Shown here: one piece after another, positions 34,001-41,839 of the stretch | How positions within the stretch are numbered: position 1 is the first letter of the stretch | Layout of the letters: each line of letters starts with the position of its first letter | Source: Patescibacteria group bacterium | GTDB lineage: Bacteria; Patescibacteriota; Minisyncoccia; UBA6257; 02-FULL-45-10c | Direction of reading: 5' to 3' | Assembly: GCA_018969615.1 (NCBI GenBank) | Contig: JAGWYA010000006.1 | Location: 1 to 55,153 of the forward strand | Length of the DNA: 55,153 nt | The notes under the pieces: model-generated | What the model saw: only the letters and a program-made list of their open reading frames with translations | The model's database searches: none | What the model was told of the DNA's origin: nothing | Translations under genes and position numbers: made by a program

Positions 34001-34360
34001 CGTACCAAAGATCTGGGTGAGCACTTCATTCGGAACTACTCCAAGGACCTGGCCGGTCGCTTTGCTCAGTTTTACAATTGGCCCCTGCCCGGCAAGAAAA
34101 ATAGCATTATCATCTACCGCAACATTCGGCGTGTCAGAACCAGCCGTATTATTCACCATGGCAATGGTCGTTGACGCCTTATTGAACTGGTACAGCCAGC
34201 TGAATCCATTGGGATTTCCCGACCTCGGCAACCAGAGAGAGCCGTCGACTGCCGGCACAAAGGTCGTTTGCGCATGCGCCGCACCAGGCAACGTCAATCC
34301 TCCGGGAAGGACGACCATTGCCGCAATTAATGATAAAACGATGATTTTTTTATTCATCAT
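31052..34360 (-). CDS. Large secreted surface protein: N-terminal beta-propeller-type repeats, tandem Ig-like domains, C-terminal LysM-like segment
   Basis: Signal peptide MMNKKIIVLSLIAAMVVLPGG. Repeated motifs of the form VW(V/A)A...V.KID..T.AVVATIP.G are YVTN/NHL-like. There are two near-identical 93-aa domains. The C-terminal GQTLWALALDV...VGTLIDISGL is LysM-like. Confidence 0.7.
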   Translation of the reverse strand: MMNKKIIVLSLIAAMVVLPGGLTLPGAAHAQTTFVPAVDGSLWLPRSGNPNGFSWLYQFNKASTTIAMVNNTAGSDTPNVAVDDNAIFLAGQGPIVKLSKATGQVLGVVPNEVLTQIFGTYQHNAGAIALDSTDAWVSYSATNHPPTILAINKATLAIDKTISGAGSGSYDQGIAVDQNYVWAATGGSVQKIDKNTGAVVATIPTGSMATGVALGGNYVWVADFWTHAVTKIDRTTDAVVATIPVGRYSWGHLGAIAADNTSVWVVDQTDPQFYKIDETTDAVTGVATWPSYRGVNMTGVAFDDTYVWVIDDSNGEIFQFDKTTNKLINSLVNSAFYGMQAFGDFAGGQYDAVFGTPPDTTAPISTATYAGTAGQNNWYTSNVTVTVAATDNTGGSGVKSVSLCVDQTNTCTPTAGTTATISTQGTNYVRYQAVDNAGNVEALHSDPVKIDMTAPVSTAALSGTLGQNNWYTSAVTVALSATDAAGGSGVNGVEVCVDQNNTCVPTAIAASASVSTEGMNYVRYQAVDNAGNVEALHSTQVQVDTMPPASSITSPVKDDTITASPATVTVSVSDATSGTASVTVNGVAATLTSGTAQSGVWTASVPVTVPPAAGSALTFTTSATDLAGNTASSPMITVDDDGIVTAIDHNASTNADESLIYSSDFNDGTTFGSITSRGGWNYSVIPTAAAGTIEASLSGSGSNTSMVVCGNKVQVSMQKAGDTVDITCGTDPATGLLTTTATAVKAATSISLREPQTGKGKAVKVNLSTGQTVTLGSFILPAASNAQPLSIEVVDENDVVLDTGSLLPGQEVNIDPNATNGILIENLSAEPVTLIMDGTPVTIAPNQVMTDQCPSVAGNAGDTGCPFANDTVTTIHIVDQAKSGVCGTLSNGKPAPECTQPLPSAQVKVFDRENADFVKQFGKGPSKDKFASIFGATTGLIGSCATDVTGSCAVGETQPGHLLVVAQMTGTDGTKTYDGKIINFKNSASMTADKQANDDSDADNAVPSAGTVVTKRMQFNETITKTGAFKYQALSQGQTLWALALDVLGATANVDQVKSACKVVAQNNGIGVPEWGIAGNTADHELAVGTLIDISGLNVPSN
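32717..33283 (-). repeat. Tandem duplication of a roughly 93-aa (about 280-nt) domain inside the surface protein
   Basis: TAP(I/V)STA...GQNNWYTS.VTV...ATD..GGSGV..V..CVDQ.NTC.PTA...NYVRYQAVDNAGNVEALHS occurs twice in tandem, with long identical nucleotide stretches. Confidence 0.75.
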
Positions 34361-34486
34361 AGATATTAAAATGAGTAGTAAAAAATAATTTTGTCTTACT
34401 TAGTCATCATACCATATTATTTAGGGTCATCTCTATCTAAAAGAGCAGCCTTTCAAGGCTGCTCTTTTAGAGATCTGATATGCACA

Positions 34487-34984
34487 TTATTTTTTCGTTG
34501 GATCAGGCGCGCTTCCGTGTTCAAAGATGCCGAATCTGCGGAACGCGTACAGTGTGGTCGGCACAAGGACCGTGGCAAACACCGCAAGATCAATGATGCC
34601 AAGACCGGTCAGCATCCCGACGCCCGCAACCAGCCACACCACCGCTGCCGTCGTAATGCCATGGACGTGCTCCTCGTTCTTGATGATCAAGCCGGCTCCC
34701 AAAAAACCGATGCCGACGACGATATTGCCGATGACGGTCAGATAACCGCTGTTTCGGGCGATGACATCGGTCAGATTCTGGGGCGAAAGCGAAATAATAT
34801 ACGGCAACGAAAGCCCCGCCATCGTAAAAATAGCGGCACCCGCGCATACCAGCATTGACGTCCGGACGCCGGCTTCTTTTCCGATCGATTCGCGTTCAAG
34901 ACCGATAGCTCCCCCCAAGCCCATCGCGATCAGAAGACGGATCGCCATTTGTGTGAATGTAAGCATACCTCCATGATACTCCAA
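34487..34984 (-). CDS. mgtC: MgtC/SapB-family membrane protein
   Basis: IRLLIAMGLGGAIGLERE...AGVRTSMLVCAGAAIFT is the MgtC signature. Confidence 0.8.
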   Translation of the reverse strand: MEYHGGMLTFTQMAIRLLIAMGLGGAIGLERESIGKEAGVRTSMLVCAGAAIFTMAGLSLPYIISLSPQNLTDVIARNSGYLTVIGNIVVGIGFLGAGLIIKNEEHVHGITTAAVVWLVAGVGMLTGLGIIDLAVFATVLVPTTLYAFRRFGIFEHGSAPDPTKK

Positions 34985-35053
34985 ATCGTAAAAAACAAAA
35001 AAGCGCTTATACGCCTTTGTCGTTAAAAAGAGAATCGGTCATACTGAGAGTAT

Positions 35054-35893
35054 ATGCAGCAAGAATCACGCTCCCAGAAACCCCGCATCGGCCTCGCGTT
35101 AAGCGGCGGATCGGCACGCGGGATCGCCCATATCGGCGTTCTGCAGGCGCTTTCCGACCATCATATTCCGATCGATTGCATTGCGGGCACCAGTTCCGGC
35201 GCGATCGTCGCCGCCGCCTTCGCATTCGGATATCCGCTCCCGAAACTCCAGGAAAAAGCGAAAACATTGAGCTGGTATTCGATCGCAAATCTTCCCACTT
35301 CAGGATTAGGACTTACCTCGAACCAATCGCTCGGGAAGATCATGGAAGAATTCATCGGCGGTGCCGCCGACATCAAGGATGCAAAGATCCCGCTCGCGAT
35401 CGTCGCCACCGATATCGAAACCGGTGAAAAAGTGGTCTTCCGAAACGGCAACGCCGCGCTCGCGGTCCGCGCAAGCGCCTGTATTCCCGGCGTCTTCATT
35501 CCGGTGGAGATCGAGGGACGCAAGCTCGTGGACGGCGGACTGTCAGAAAGCCTTCCGCTTTCTTCTCTCCAAACGCTGCAGCCCGACATCAGGATCGGCG
35601 TAAACGCGATCCATTGGCATTCCACAAAACCGGTCGGAAATCTCATCGACGTTATGTCGAACGCCATCGATATCGCTGCGAACCATCAAAAAGAGAACCC
35701 TCTGCAATTCGCTGACATCATGATCGAACCCGATCTCAGCGATTTCGGCCCGTCCGATTTCAAAAAAACGGACGCACTGATCGCTGAAGGATACCGCGCC
35801 GCACTGGCCCAGCTTCCTGCGATCAAAGAGCTTATCCGGCAACGGAGCCCCGAACCCTCATGGAAACGGTTCTTCCGCTGGTTCAAAAAATAA
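35054..35893 (+). CDS. Patatin-like phospholipase
   Basis: GGSARG oxyanion motif, GTSSG (GxSxG nucleophile) and LVDGG (catalytic Asp). Confidence 0.8.
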   Translation: MQQESRSQKPRIGLALSGGSARGIAHIGVLQALSDHHIPIDCIAGTSSGAIVAAAFAFGYPLPKLQEKAKTLSWYSIANLPTSGLGLTSNQSLGKIMEEFIGGAADIKDAKIPLAIVATDIETGEKVVFRNGNAALAVRASACIPGVFIPVEIEGRKLVDGGLSESLPLSSLQTLQPDIRIGVNAIHWHSTKPVGNLIDVMSNAIDIAANHQKENPLQFADIMIEPDLSDFGPSDFKKTDALIAEGYRAALAQLPAIKELIRQRSPEPSWKRFFRWFKK

Positions 35894-35897
35894 CGCA

Positions 35898-37208
35898 CTA
35901 TGCGTTATTTTTTTTAAGGATCACGGCGCGGAGCGCGGCAAGGTCGTTCGGGAGCGGTATGGCATGCGGACGTTTTCGTGCAAGCGCACGGAGGCGGGAA
36001 GGCAACGGAACCCGTTTCTTGATGACCGGCTCAACGACCTCGCGGAACTTCGCCGGATGCGCGGTTCCTGCTACGATCACTTTGGTTCCCTTCTTTGCCA
36101 GGCAGGCAGCGGTAATGCCGACCGCCGTATGCGGATCGATGATATATCCCATTTCACGATAGGTCCTCGCGATCGTGCTCCGCGTATCTGCATCGCTCAC
36201 GCGCATACCGGCGATCGTCCGCGCCATTACAGAGCGTTTCCCGTGAAACAATTCCAATAAGCGCGCAAAATTACTGGGATTCCCCACGTCCATCGCATTG
36301 GAAATTGTTTTACGCGAAACACGTGAAACAAACGGCGCTCCGTGAAGAAAACGGGGGACGACGTCATTTATGTTCGTCGCGGCGATAAATTGTTTCACGG
36401 GCATCCCCATCCGCTGCGCAAGGATCCCGGCGGTCAGATTTCCGAAATTTCCGCTGGGAACACAAAAAGCCATATCCACCGCCTGTTCTGTTCCGTATCG
36501 CTTTGCGAATTGGGCATAGGCGTAGAGATAATAGAACGATTGCGGCAGCAGCCGGCCGAAATTGATCGAGTTCGCCGAGGACATCAGCACTTTTTTCCGC
36601 AGTGCCGGGTCGGCAAGCGCTGCTTTAGCGAGCTTTTGGCAATCATCGAAGCTTCCTTGGACCGCGATCGCGGTGATATTGCCGCCAAGCGTCGCCATCT
36701 GCCGTTCCTGGATCGGCGTTACCCGGCCGCGCGGATAGAGCACGAACACCTTGATATGAGGCACGCCGTAAAAACCCCGTGCGACCGCACTGCCGGTGTC
36801 TCCCGAGGTCGCCACGATAATGTTCAGCGTCTCTTTCTGTTTACCAAGATAATATCCCATCAGCCGCGCCATGAACCGCGCGCCGAAATCTTTGAACGCA
36901 AACGTCGGTCCGTGAAAAAGCTCAAGGACCGAGATCGAATCATCGATCCGATGAAGCGGCACCGGAAAATTGAACGCATCCCGGATGATCATTTTTAATT
37001 TTGCCTGCGGGATGTCAGTGATATACAGCCGGGAAACCTCATAGGCGATCTGCTGGAATGTTTTCCGGTGAAGATCACGCAAAAACTTCCGAGACAGATG
37101 CGGGATCCGGTCGGGCATGAACAATCCGCCGTCTGACGCAAGTCCTTGAAGAAGAACATCAGAGAACGGTACATTCTCTGTCCGATGGTTAGTGCTGTGA
37201 AATTTCAT
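35898..37208 (-). CDS. thrC: Threonine synthase
   Basis: FHGPTFAFKDFGARF (PLP lysine motif), ATSGDTGSA and SANSINFGRL. ATG at 37208 is preferred (MKFHSTN...). It overlaps the upstream kinase gene by 20 nt. Confidence 0.85.
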   Translation of the reverse strand: MKFHSTNHRTENVPFSDVLLQGLASDGGLFMPDRIPHLSRKFLRDLHRKTFQQIAYEVSRLYITDIPQAKLKMIIRDAFNFPVPLHRIDDSISVLELFHGPTFAFKDFGARFMARLMGYYLGKQKETLNIIVATSGDTGSAVARGFYGVPHIKVFVLYPRGRVTPIQERQMATLGGNITAIAVQGSFDDCQKLAKAALADPALRKKVLMSSANSINFGRLLPQSFYYLYAYAQFAKRYGTEQAVDMAFCVPSGNFGNLTAGILAQRMGMPVKQFIAATNINDVVPRFLHGAPFVSRVSRKTISNAMDVGNPSNFARLLELFHGKRSVMARTIAGMRVSDADTRSTIARTYREMGYIIDPHTAVGITAACLAKKGTKVIVAGTAHPAKFREVVEPVIKKRVPLPSRLRALARKRPHAIPLPNDLAALRAVILKKNNA

Positions 37209-37707
37209 AGATCTTTTCAACGATAGCATGCTCATCTGACCCCGTACAAATGATCGTGTGATCCGCATACCGGCGGTAGAGAATATCACGCTCAGCATGA
37301 AGCGCTTCCAATCCTTTTTCACGAAGTCCGACAATGCCGCGACTCTCCAATCCGCCGCCTAAGCGCCGGCGAAGCTCATCGGTATCAACCTCAAGATAAA
37401 TAACGATCGTATCGTCAGCGATCTTGCGCATTGCTCGTTCCGAATAAATAATGCTCCCGCCCGGGGCGAACACTGTTTCGCTGAGATCAAGCGTCAGAGT
37501 ATACGCCTCTTCCTGAGAGATCAACGCGGCGTTACCGTCGGCAGCCAGAATATCGGCATGACCCCTCTGGGTATGATCGCGAATATAAACATCCAGATCG
37601 ATAAACCGGGATCCAATACGGGAAGCGAATTTCTTCCCGATCGTCGACTTTCCCGCCCCGGGCATTCCGATAAGTGTTATTCCTTTTCGTTTCTTGAACA
37701 TATCCAA
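37189..37707 (-). CDS. Shikimate-kinase-family (AroK-like) P-loop kinase embedded in the thr operon
   Basis: LIGMPGAGKSTIG Walker A, DLD, PGGS and an AroK-like length of 172 aa. In a by-eye alignment, the Arg of the AroK F-R-x-x-E-E shikimate-binding motif is replaced (LISQEE). Confidence 0.65.
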   Translation of the reverse strand: MDMFKKRKGITLIGMPGAGKSTIGKKFASRIGSRFIDLDVYIRDHTQRGHADILAADGNAALISQEEAYTLTLDLSETVFAPGGSIIYSERAMRKIADDTIVIYLEVDTDELRRRLGGGLESRGIVGLREKGLEALHAERDILYRRYADHTIICTGSDEHAIVEKIYEISQH

Positions 37708-37714
37708 CTTTTAT

Positions 37715-38818
37715 CTACTTTCGATGCTGAATATATCCTTTCTTATAGAGCAATTCGGCGCCCAAGATCGCTCCGCCGGCCGCGCCGCGGATCGTATTAT
37801 GCGAAAGCGCAACGAACTTCCATCCTGACGGACCGTCCTCGCGGAACCGGCCGCAGGTGATCCCCATGCCGCGTTCATAGTCACGATCCAGTTTTGTCTG
37901 CGGCCGATCAGGTTCCGAAAAATAGGTAATGAACTGTTTAGGCGCCGACGGCAGATCTAGACCGGCAAGCGGATTCGGAAATCGCTCAACGGCCTTGATG
38001 ATCTGTTCCAGCGAAGGCTTCTTCTCAAAAACGACCGATGCGCTCGCCATATGTCCGTCTGCGACCGCGACCCGGATGCATGTCGCTGAGATCGCCGGAA
38101 CGGATGCGTTCACGATGTGGTCGCCCTCAACCGAGCCCAAGATCTTCATCGGCTCTTTCTCGCTCTTCTCTTCTTCGCCGCTGATGAACGGAATGCAGTT
38201 ATCAACCATTTCAGGCCAGGTCGCGAATGTCTTTCCCGCTCCTGAGATCGCCTGCAAGGTCGTGACCGAAACCGTCTTCGGCTTGAACTCGCTGAGCGCC
38301 GCAAGGATCGGCACATACGACTGCAGAGAGCAGTTCGGCTTCACCGCCAAAAGCCCCGTCGTCCATCCGCGCTTAGCACGCTGCGCATCGATGAGCGCAA
38401 TATGATCCGCATTCACTTCCGGCATCAGCATCGGCACATCATCCGTCCAGCGATGCGCGGAATTATTCGATACCACCGCAACGCCCGCAGCGGCATAGCG
38501 CTCCTCCAGCTCTTTGATCTTCGCCTTATCGGCATCGATCGCCGAAAAGACCAGGTCAACGTTCTGTGCGATCACGTCCAAATCCTCTTCCACTGCTTTC
38601 AACTTCATCCCCTTCACGGCCAAAGGAATGGGACTTTCAAGCAACCACCGCCCCATAACCGCTTCCTCATAGGCTTTCCCCGCCGATCGAGGCGATGCCG
38701 CGATCTCAACCACCTCAAACCATGGATGACCATCCAGTAGCGAAAGAAAGCGCTGCCCGACCATACCGGTCGCACCCAGAACACCCACTCTCACCTTTTG
38801 ATCTTTGATCTGTGACAT
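37715..38818 (-). CDS. asd: Aspartate-semialdehyde dehydrogenase
   Basis: VGVLGATGMVGQRF NAD(P) motif, active-site region KPNCSLQ, and conserved C-terminal LSHNTIRGAAGGAIL. Confidence 0.9.
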   Translation of the reverse strand: MSQIKDQKVRVGVLGATGMVGQRFLSLLDGHPWFEVVEIAASPRSAGKAYEEAVMGRWLLESPIPLAVKGMKLKAVEEDLDVIAQNVDLVFSAIDADKAKIKELEERYAAAGVAVVSNNSAHRWTDDVPMLMPEVNADHIALIDAQRAKRGWTTGLLAVKPNCSLQSYVPILAALSEFKPKTVSVTTLQAISGAGKTFATWPEMVDNCIPFISGEEEKSEKEPMKILGSVEGDHIVNASVPAISATCIRVAVADGHMASASVVFEKKPSLEQIIKAVERFPNPLAGLDLPSAPKQFITYFSEPDRPQTKLDRDYERGMGITCGRFREDGPSGWKFVALSHNTIRGAAGGAILGAELLYKKGYIQHRK

Positions 38819-38822
38819 ATGA

Positions 38823-41234
38823 CTAAATTTTTAATATATCCGCCACCACTCCCGCTGCAGTAACCTCCGCGCCGGCGCCAGGACCCTGAACGACCAATGG
38901 TCGCTTCGCATACCGCCGGGTCGTGATCGCAAAGATATTATCCGCTCCGCGCGTTCCGGCAAGCGGACTTTCCACCGAGACCGCCTGAAGCGAAGCGCTC
39001 GCTTTCCCATATTCGATCCGCGCGACATAGCGCAATACTTTTTTCTGCGCATACGCCTGAGCGGCCATCTTTTCAAATGCCTTATCAGAGGCGCGCAATC
39101 CTTTCAAAAACGCATCGGCGTTCTTTGCGTTCCGCAATGCCGTAGGGACCAAATTCTCGATCCGTATGTCCTTAAACTCCATCGCGAGACCGATCTCACG
39201 CGCAAGCACCAGCAGCTTCCGGCCGACATCATTTCCATTCAGATCTTCCCGCGGATCCGGTTCGGTGTATCCCAGTTTTTTCGCTTCCGCGACCACTTCG
39301 CTGAATCCCCGTGTTCCGTCAAAGGTATTGAAAATAAAGCTCAGCGTACCGGAAAAGATCCCTTCGATCTTTACGATCCGGTCCCCGCCGACAAGAAGAT
39401 CGCGCAGCGTGCCGATCACCGGCAAGGCCGCACCGACGTTCGTCTCATAGCGGAACTGCTTACGGTTCTTCGCCATGATCTCGCGGATCCGGCGATACTC
39501 GCGCATGCCCAGCACGTTGAACTTCTTGTTCGGCGTTACGATATGGAATCCCGCCTCCGCAACCGCCTGGTATTTTTTCACCACCGCATCGCTTGCCGTG
39601 CAATCCACGAACACGCTGTTCGGCAATACAAGCGCCTGTGCATCGGCGATCCATTGATCGATATCGGCTTCCTTGCCGCGGCTCAATGCCTGTTTCCATC
39701 CGTGAGCATCAATACCTTGCGGGTCCAAAAGCATTTTCGTCGTCGTGGCGATCCCGCAGACGCGAAGCGCCGCTCCCTGCTTCTGAAGCTCGGCGATCTG
39801 ATGTAAAAATTCAGCACCGATCGTTCCCGTTCCCACGAGGAAGATATTCTTTGCGCTTTTTTCAAAAAAAACATTATGCGCTGCGTTCATTGCGCGCACC
39901 TTGTCGTCCGCGCGGACCGCGAACGAAATGTTCCGCTCCGAACCGCCTTGGGCGATCGCCGAAACGCTCACGTCGTTCTCACCGAGCGCGCGAAACAGGG
40001 TACCCGCAATACCCGGTACGCCCCGCATGCCGTCACCGACAAGCGCAAGGATCGCCTGACCGGATGTCGCCGTGATATGCACCAGGCCGTTCCGTACTTC
40101 TCTTATGAATTCCTGCTGCAGTTTCTCAAGCGCCGCCGGTAATTCGGATGATTTGATCGCGATGCAGATCGTATGCTCGGATGACGCCTGAGAGATCAGG
40201 ATCACGTTCGCTTTTGCGCGCTCGGTCGCCCGGAACACCCGTGCGGCACTCCCCGGAATGCCGGCCAAGCTCACACCCGCGATGTTCACCAGCGCGACAT
40301 CATCGATGCCGGTGAGGCATTTGACCCGCATCCCTTCCTCATTCCCGCCGGCGCGGATCCATGTCCCCTCCGCCTGCGGATGGAACGTATTCTTGATCAC
40401 CACCGGAATGTTCTTTCTGACCGCCGGAAGCATCGTCGCCGGATGGATCACTTTCGCACCGAAATACGCCATCTCAATGGCTTCTTCATAACTTACTTCG
40501 GGAAGCACGACCGCGTTCTTCACGATCCGCGGATCGGCGCTGAGGATCCCGTCAACATCGGTCCAGATCTCGATCACTTTTACGTTCAATGCCGCGCCGA
40601 AGATCGCCGCTGAATAATCAGAGCCGCCGCGGCCCAGCGTCGTGGTCGTGCCCCGATCCGTCGAACCGAGGAATCCCGTGATCACCGGAATGCCCTTTTT
40701 CCCTTTAAAAAAAGCGCTGATGTTCCGGTCGGTCTTTGAAAAATCAACGGCGGCATGCACGAACGAGCCGTCGGTCTTTACCAATTCGCGCGCGTCAACG
40801 AAATATCCTCCTTTCAGCGATGCCGCAACGATGTATGCACACAACCGTTCACCGAAGCTCGCTACATGGTCCAGGTTCCGGTCGGAAACCTTTTCCTCTA
40901 CCTTAATACGGTCAAGAACTGAGCGGAGCTCATTCAAAAGTTCGGCGACATACGCCTCGCTTTCTTGTTTTGCTTTTTTACCTTTCACTAACTGCCGGAT
41001 CGCCTGAAGGTGGCGCTTCCGTAATTCTTCCAACTCCTCATCAAGCTTCGGCGAACGAGCTGCGCCCAGCTGCGCACAGCGCAGCAATTGATCGGTCACG
41101 CCCTGGAATGCCGAGACGACGATCGCCGTACCTTCTTTCCGCGCCGATGCGCCGGCGATCGCGGCGACCTCCTTGATCATTTTGGGACTTCCGACCGAAG
41201 ACCCCCCGAACTTCATGACTTTTGTTATTTTCAT
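38823..41234 (-). CDS. thrA: Bifunctional aspartokinase/homoserine dehydrogenase
   Basis: N-terminal VMKFGGSSVGS aspartokinase motif, then ACT-like region, then C-terminal Rossmann FLVGTGTIGAEF and a homoserine dehydrogenase catalytic domain. 803 aa. Confidence 0.9.
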   Translation of the reverse strand: MKITKVMKFGGSSVGSPKMIKEVAAIAGASARKEGTAIVVSAFQGVTDQLLRCAQLGAARSPKLDEELEELRKRHLQAIRQLVKGKKAKQESEAYVAELLNELRSVLDRIKVEEKVSDRNLDHVASFGERLCAYIVAASLKGGYFVDARELVKTDGSFVHAAVDFSKTDRNISAFFKGKKGIPVITGFLGSTDRGTTTTLGRGGSDYSAAIFGAALNVKVIEIWTDVDGILSADPRIVKNAVVLPEVSYEEAIEMAYFGAKVIHPATMLPAVRKNIPVVIKNTFHPQAEGTWIRAGGNEEGMRVKCLTGIDDVALVNIAGVSLAGIPGSAARVFRATERAKANVILISQASSEHTICIAIKSSELPAALEKLQQEFIREVRNGLVHITATSGQAILALVGDGMRGVPGIAGTLFRALGENDVSVSAIAQGGSERNISFAVRADDKVRAMNAAHNVFFEKSAKNIFLVGTGTIGAEFLHQIAELQKQGAALRVCGIATTTKMLLDPQGIDAHGWKQALSRGKEADIDQWIADAQALVLPNSVFVDCTASDAVVKKYQAVAEAGFHIVTPNKKFNVLGMREYRRIREIMAKNRKQFRYETNVGAALPVIGTLRDLLVGGDRIVKIEGIFSGTLSFIFNTFDGTRGFSEVVAEAKKLGYTEPDPREDLNGNDVGRKLLVLAREIGLAMEFKDIRIENLVPTALRNAKNADAFLKGLRASDKAFEKMAAQAYAQKKVLRYVARIEYGKASASLQAVSVESPLAGTRGADNIFAITTRRYAKRPLVVQGPGAGAEVTAAGVVADILKI

Positions 41235-41257
41235 AAGATAAATGATGAATAAATGAA

Positions 41258-41283
41258 AACCGCCTCGGAGCTCCGGGGCGGTT
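41258..41283 (-). terminator. Attenuator terminator of the thr leader
   Basis: The minus strand reads AACCGCCCCGGAG-CTCCGAGGCGGTT followed by TTTCATTT. It lies between the leader ORF and the thrA start. Confidence 0.65.
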
Positions 41284-41307
41284 CAGTATATTTTCTTCAA
41301 ATACTAC

Positions 41308-41373
41308 TTAACAGCCCCGAAGATCGTTTTGGGTAGTCGTCGTAGTCGTAGTGGTCGTGGTCGAAAAACGCAT
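41308..41373 (-). CDS. thrL: Thr-operon leader peptide MRFSTTTTTTTTTTQNDLRGC (21 aa)
   Basis: Read directly from the minus strand: ATG CGT TTT TCG, then ten consecutive Thr codons (ACC/ACG/ACT), then CAA AAC GAT CTT CGG GGC TGT TAA. It lies 73 nt upstream of thrA, with a terminator in between. Confidence 0.7.
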   Translation of the reverse strand: MRFSTTTTTTTTTTQNDLRGC

Positions 41374-41379
41374 GTTCTG

Positions 41380-41407
41380 AGTATAGCACATATCACTACG
41401 ACGTCCA
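41380..41407 (-). promoter_or_regulatory. Candidate promoter of the thr leader (extended -10)
   Basis: The minus strand reads TGGACG-16 nt (ending TGC)-TATACT. The -10 box ends only 6 nt before the leader ATG and no Shine-Dalgarno sequence is present, suggesting a leaderless or near-leaderless transcript. Confidence 0.35.
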
Positions 41408-41451
41408 CACTAATAGCCTCAAATAAAAAAACCGGCTTTACGCCGGCTGTC

Positions 41452-41799
41452 TTACAAGTAAATCCCGTATTTTATCGCATTAATAAGAGTAAGAACTTGA
41501 TCCGATCCCTCCGAACGCTCGATCATGCATGAGATCGGAGAAATATCTCCTAAATATGCATTTTTTCTGTTCAGCCATTTCCCAATCCTATCCCGCTTCA
41601 GAACTCCGTGAGACTCGGAAATGATCTTCTCGAGTTTATGGAACGTAAAAAGACGATGCGCCCTACTTACGTTCTTACCCTTCTTCCATCGCCGCACCGT
41701 TGATTCAGAAACCCCAAGTATCTTTCCAAGTATCCGAGGACTTACCTGGTAAAATCGCAAAAGCACATTGATCCGCTGAGCGATTGTTTTTTCAGTCAC
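41452..41799 (-). CDS. XRE-HTH plus DUF2384-like (ParS/MbcA-type) antitoxin-like protein
   Basis: The N-terminal HTH (ILGVSESTVRRWKKGKN) and the C-terminal WLNRKNAYLGDISPISCM...VLTLINAIKYGIY match the Xre/MbcA/ParS toxin-binding domain pattern. No RES-type toxin gene is adjacent. Confidence 0.55.
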   Translation of the reverse strand: MTEKTIAQRINVLLRFYQVSPRILGKILGVSESTVRRWKKGKNVSRAHRLFTFHKLEKIISESHGVLKRDRIGKWLNRKNAYLGDISPISCMIERSEGSDQVLTLINAIKYGIYL

Positions 41800-41839
41800 A
41801 TAAACTCCGTGAACAACGAACTATTGGAAGTGTAGCTCT

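Noticed and set aside
41329-41532. 67-aa plus-strand ORF MGSRRSRSGRGRK...
   Set aside because: It is the antisense reading of the Thr-codon run of the leader peptide and of the antitoxin-like gene's 3' end. It has no ribosome-binding site.
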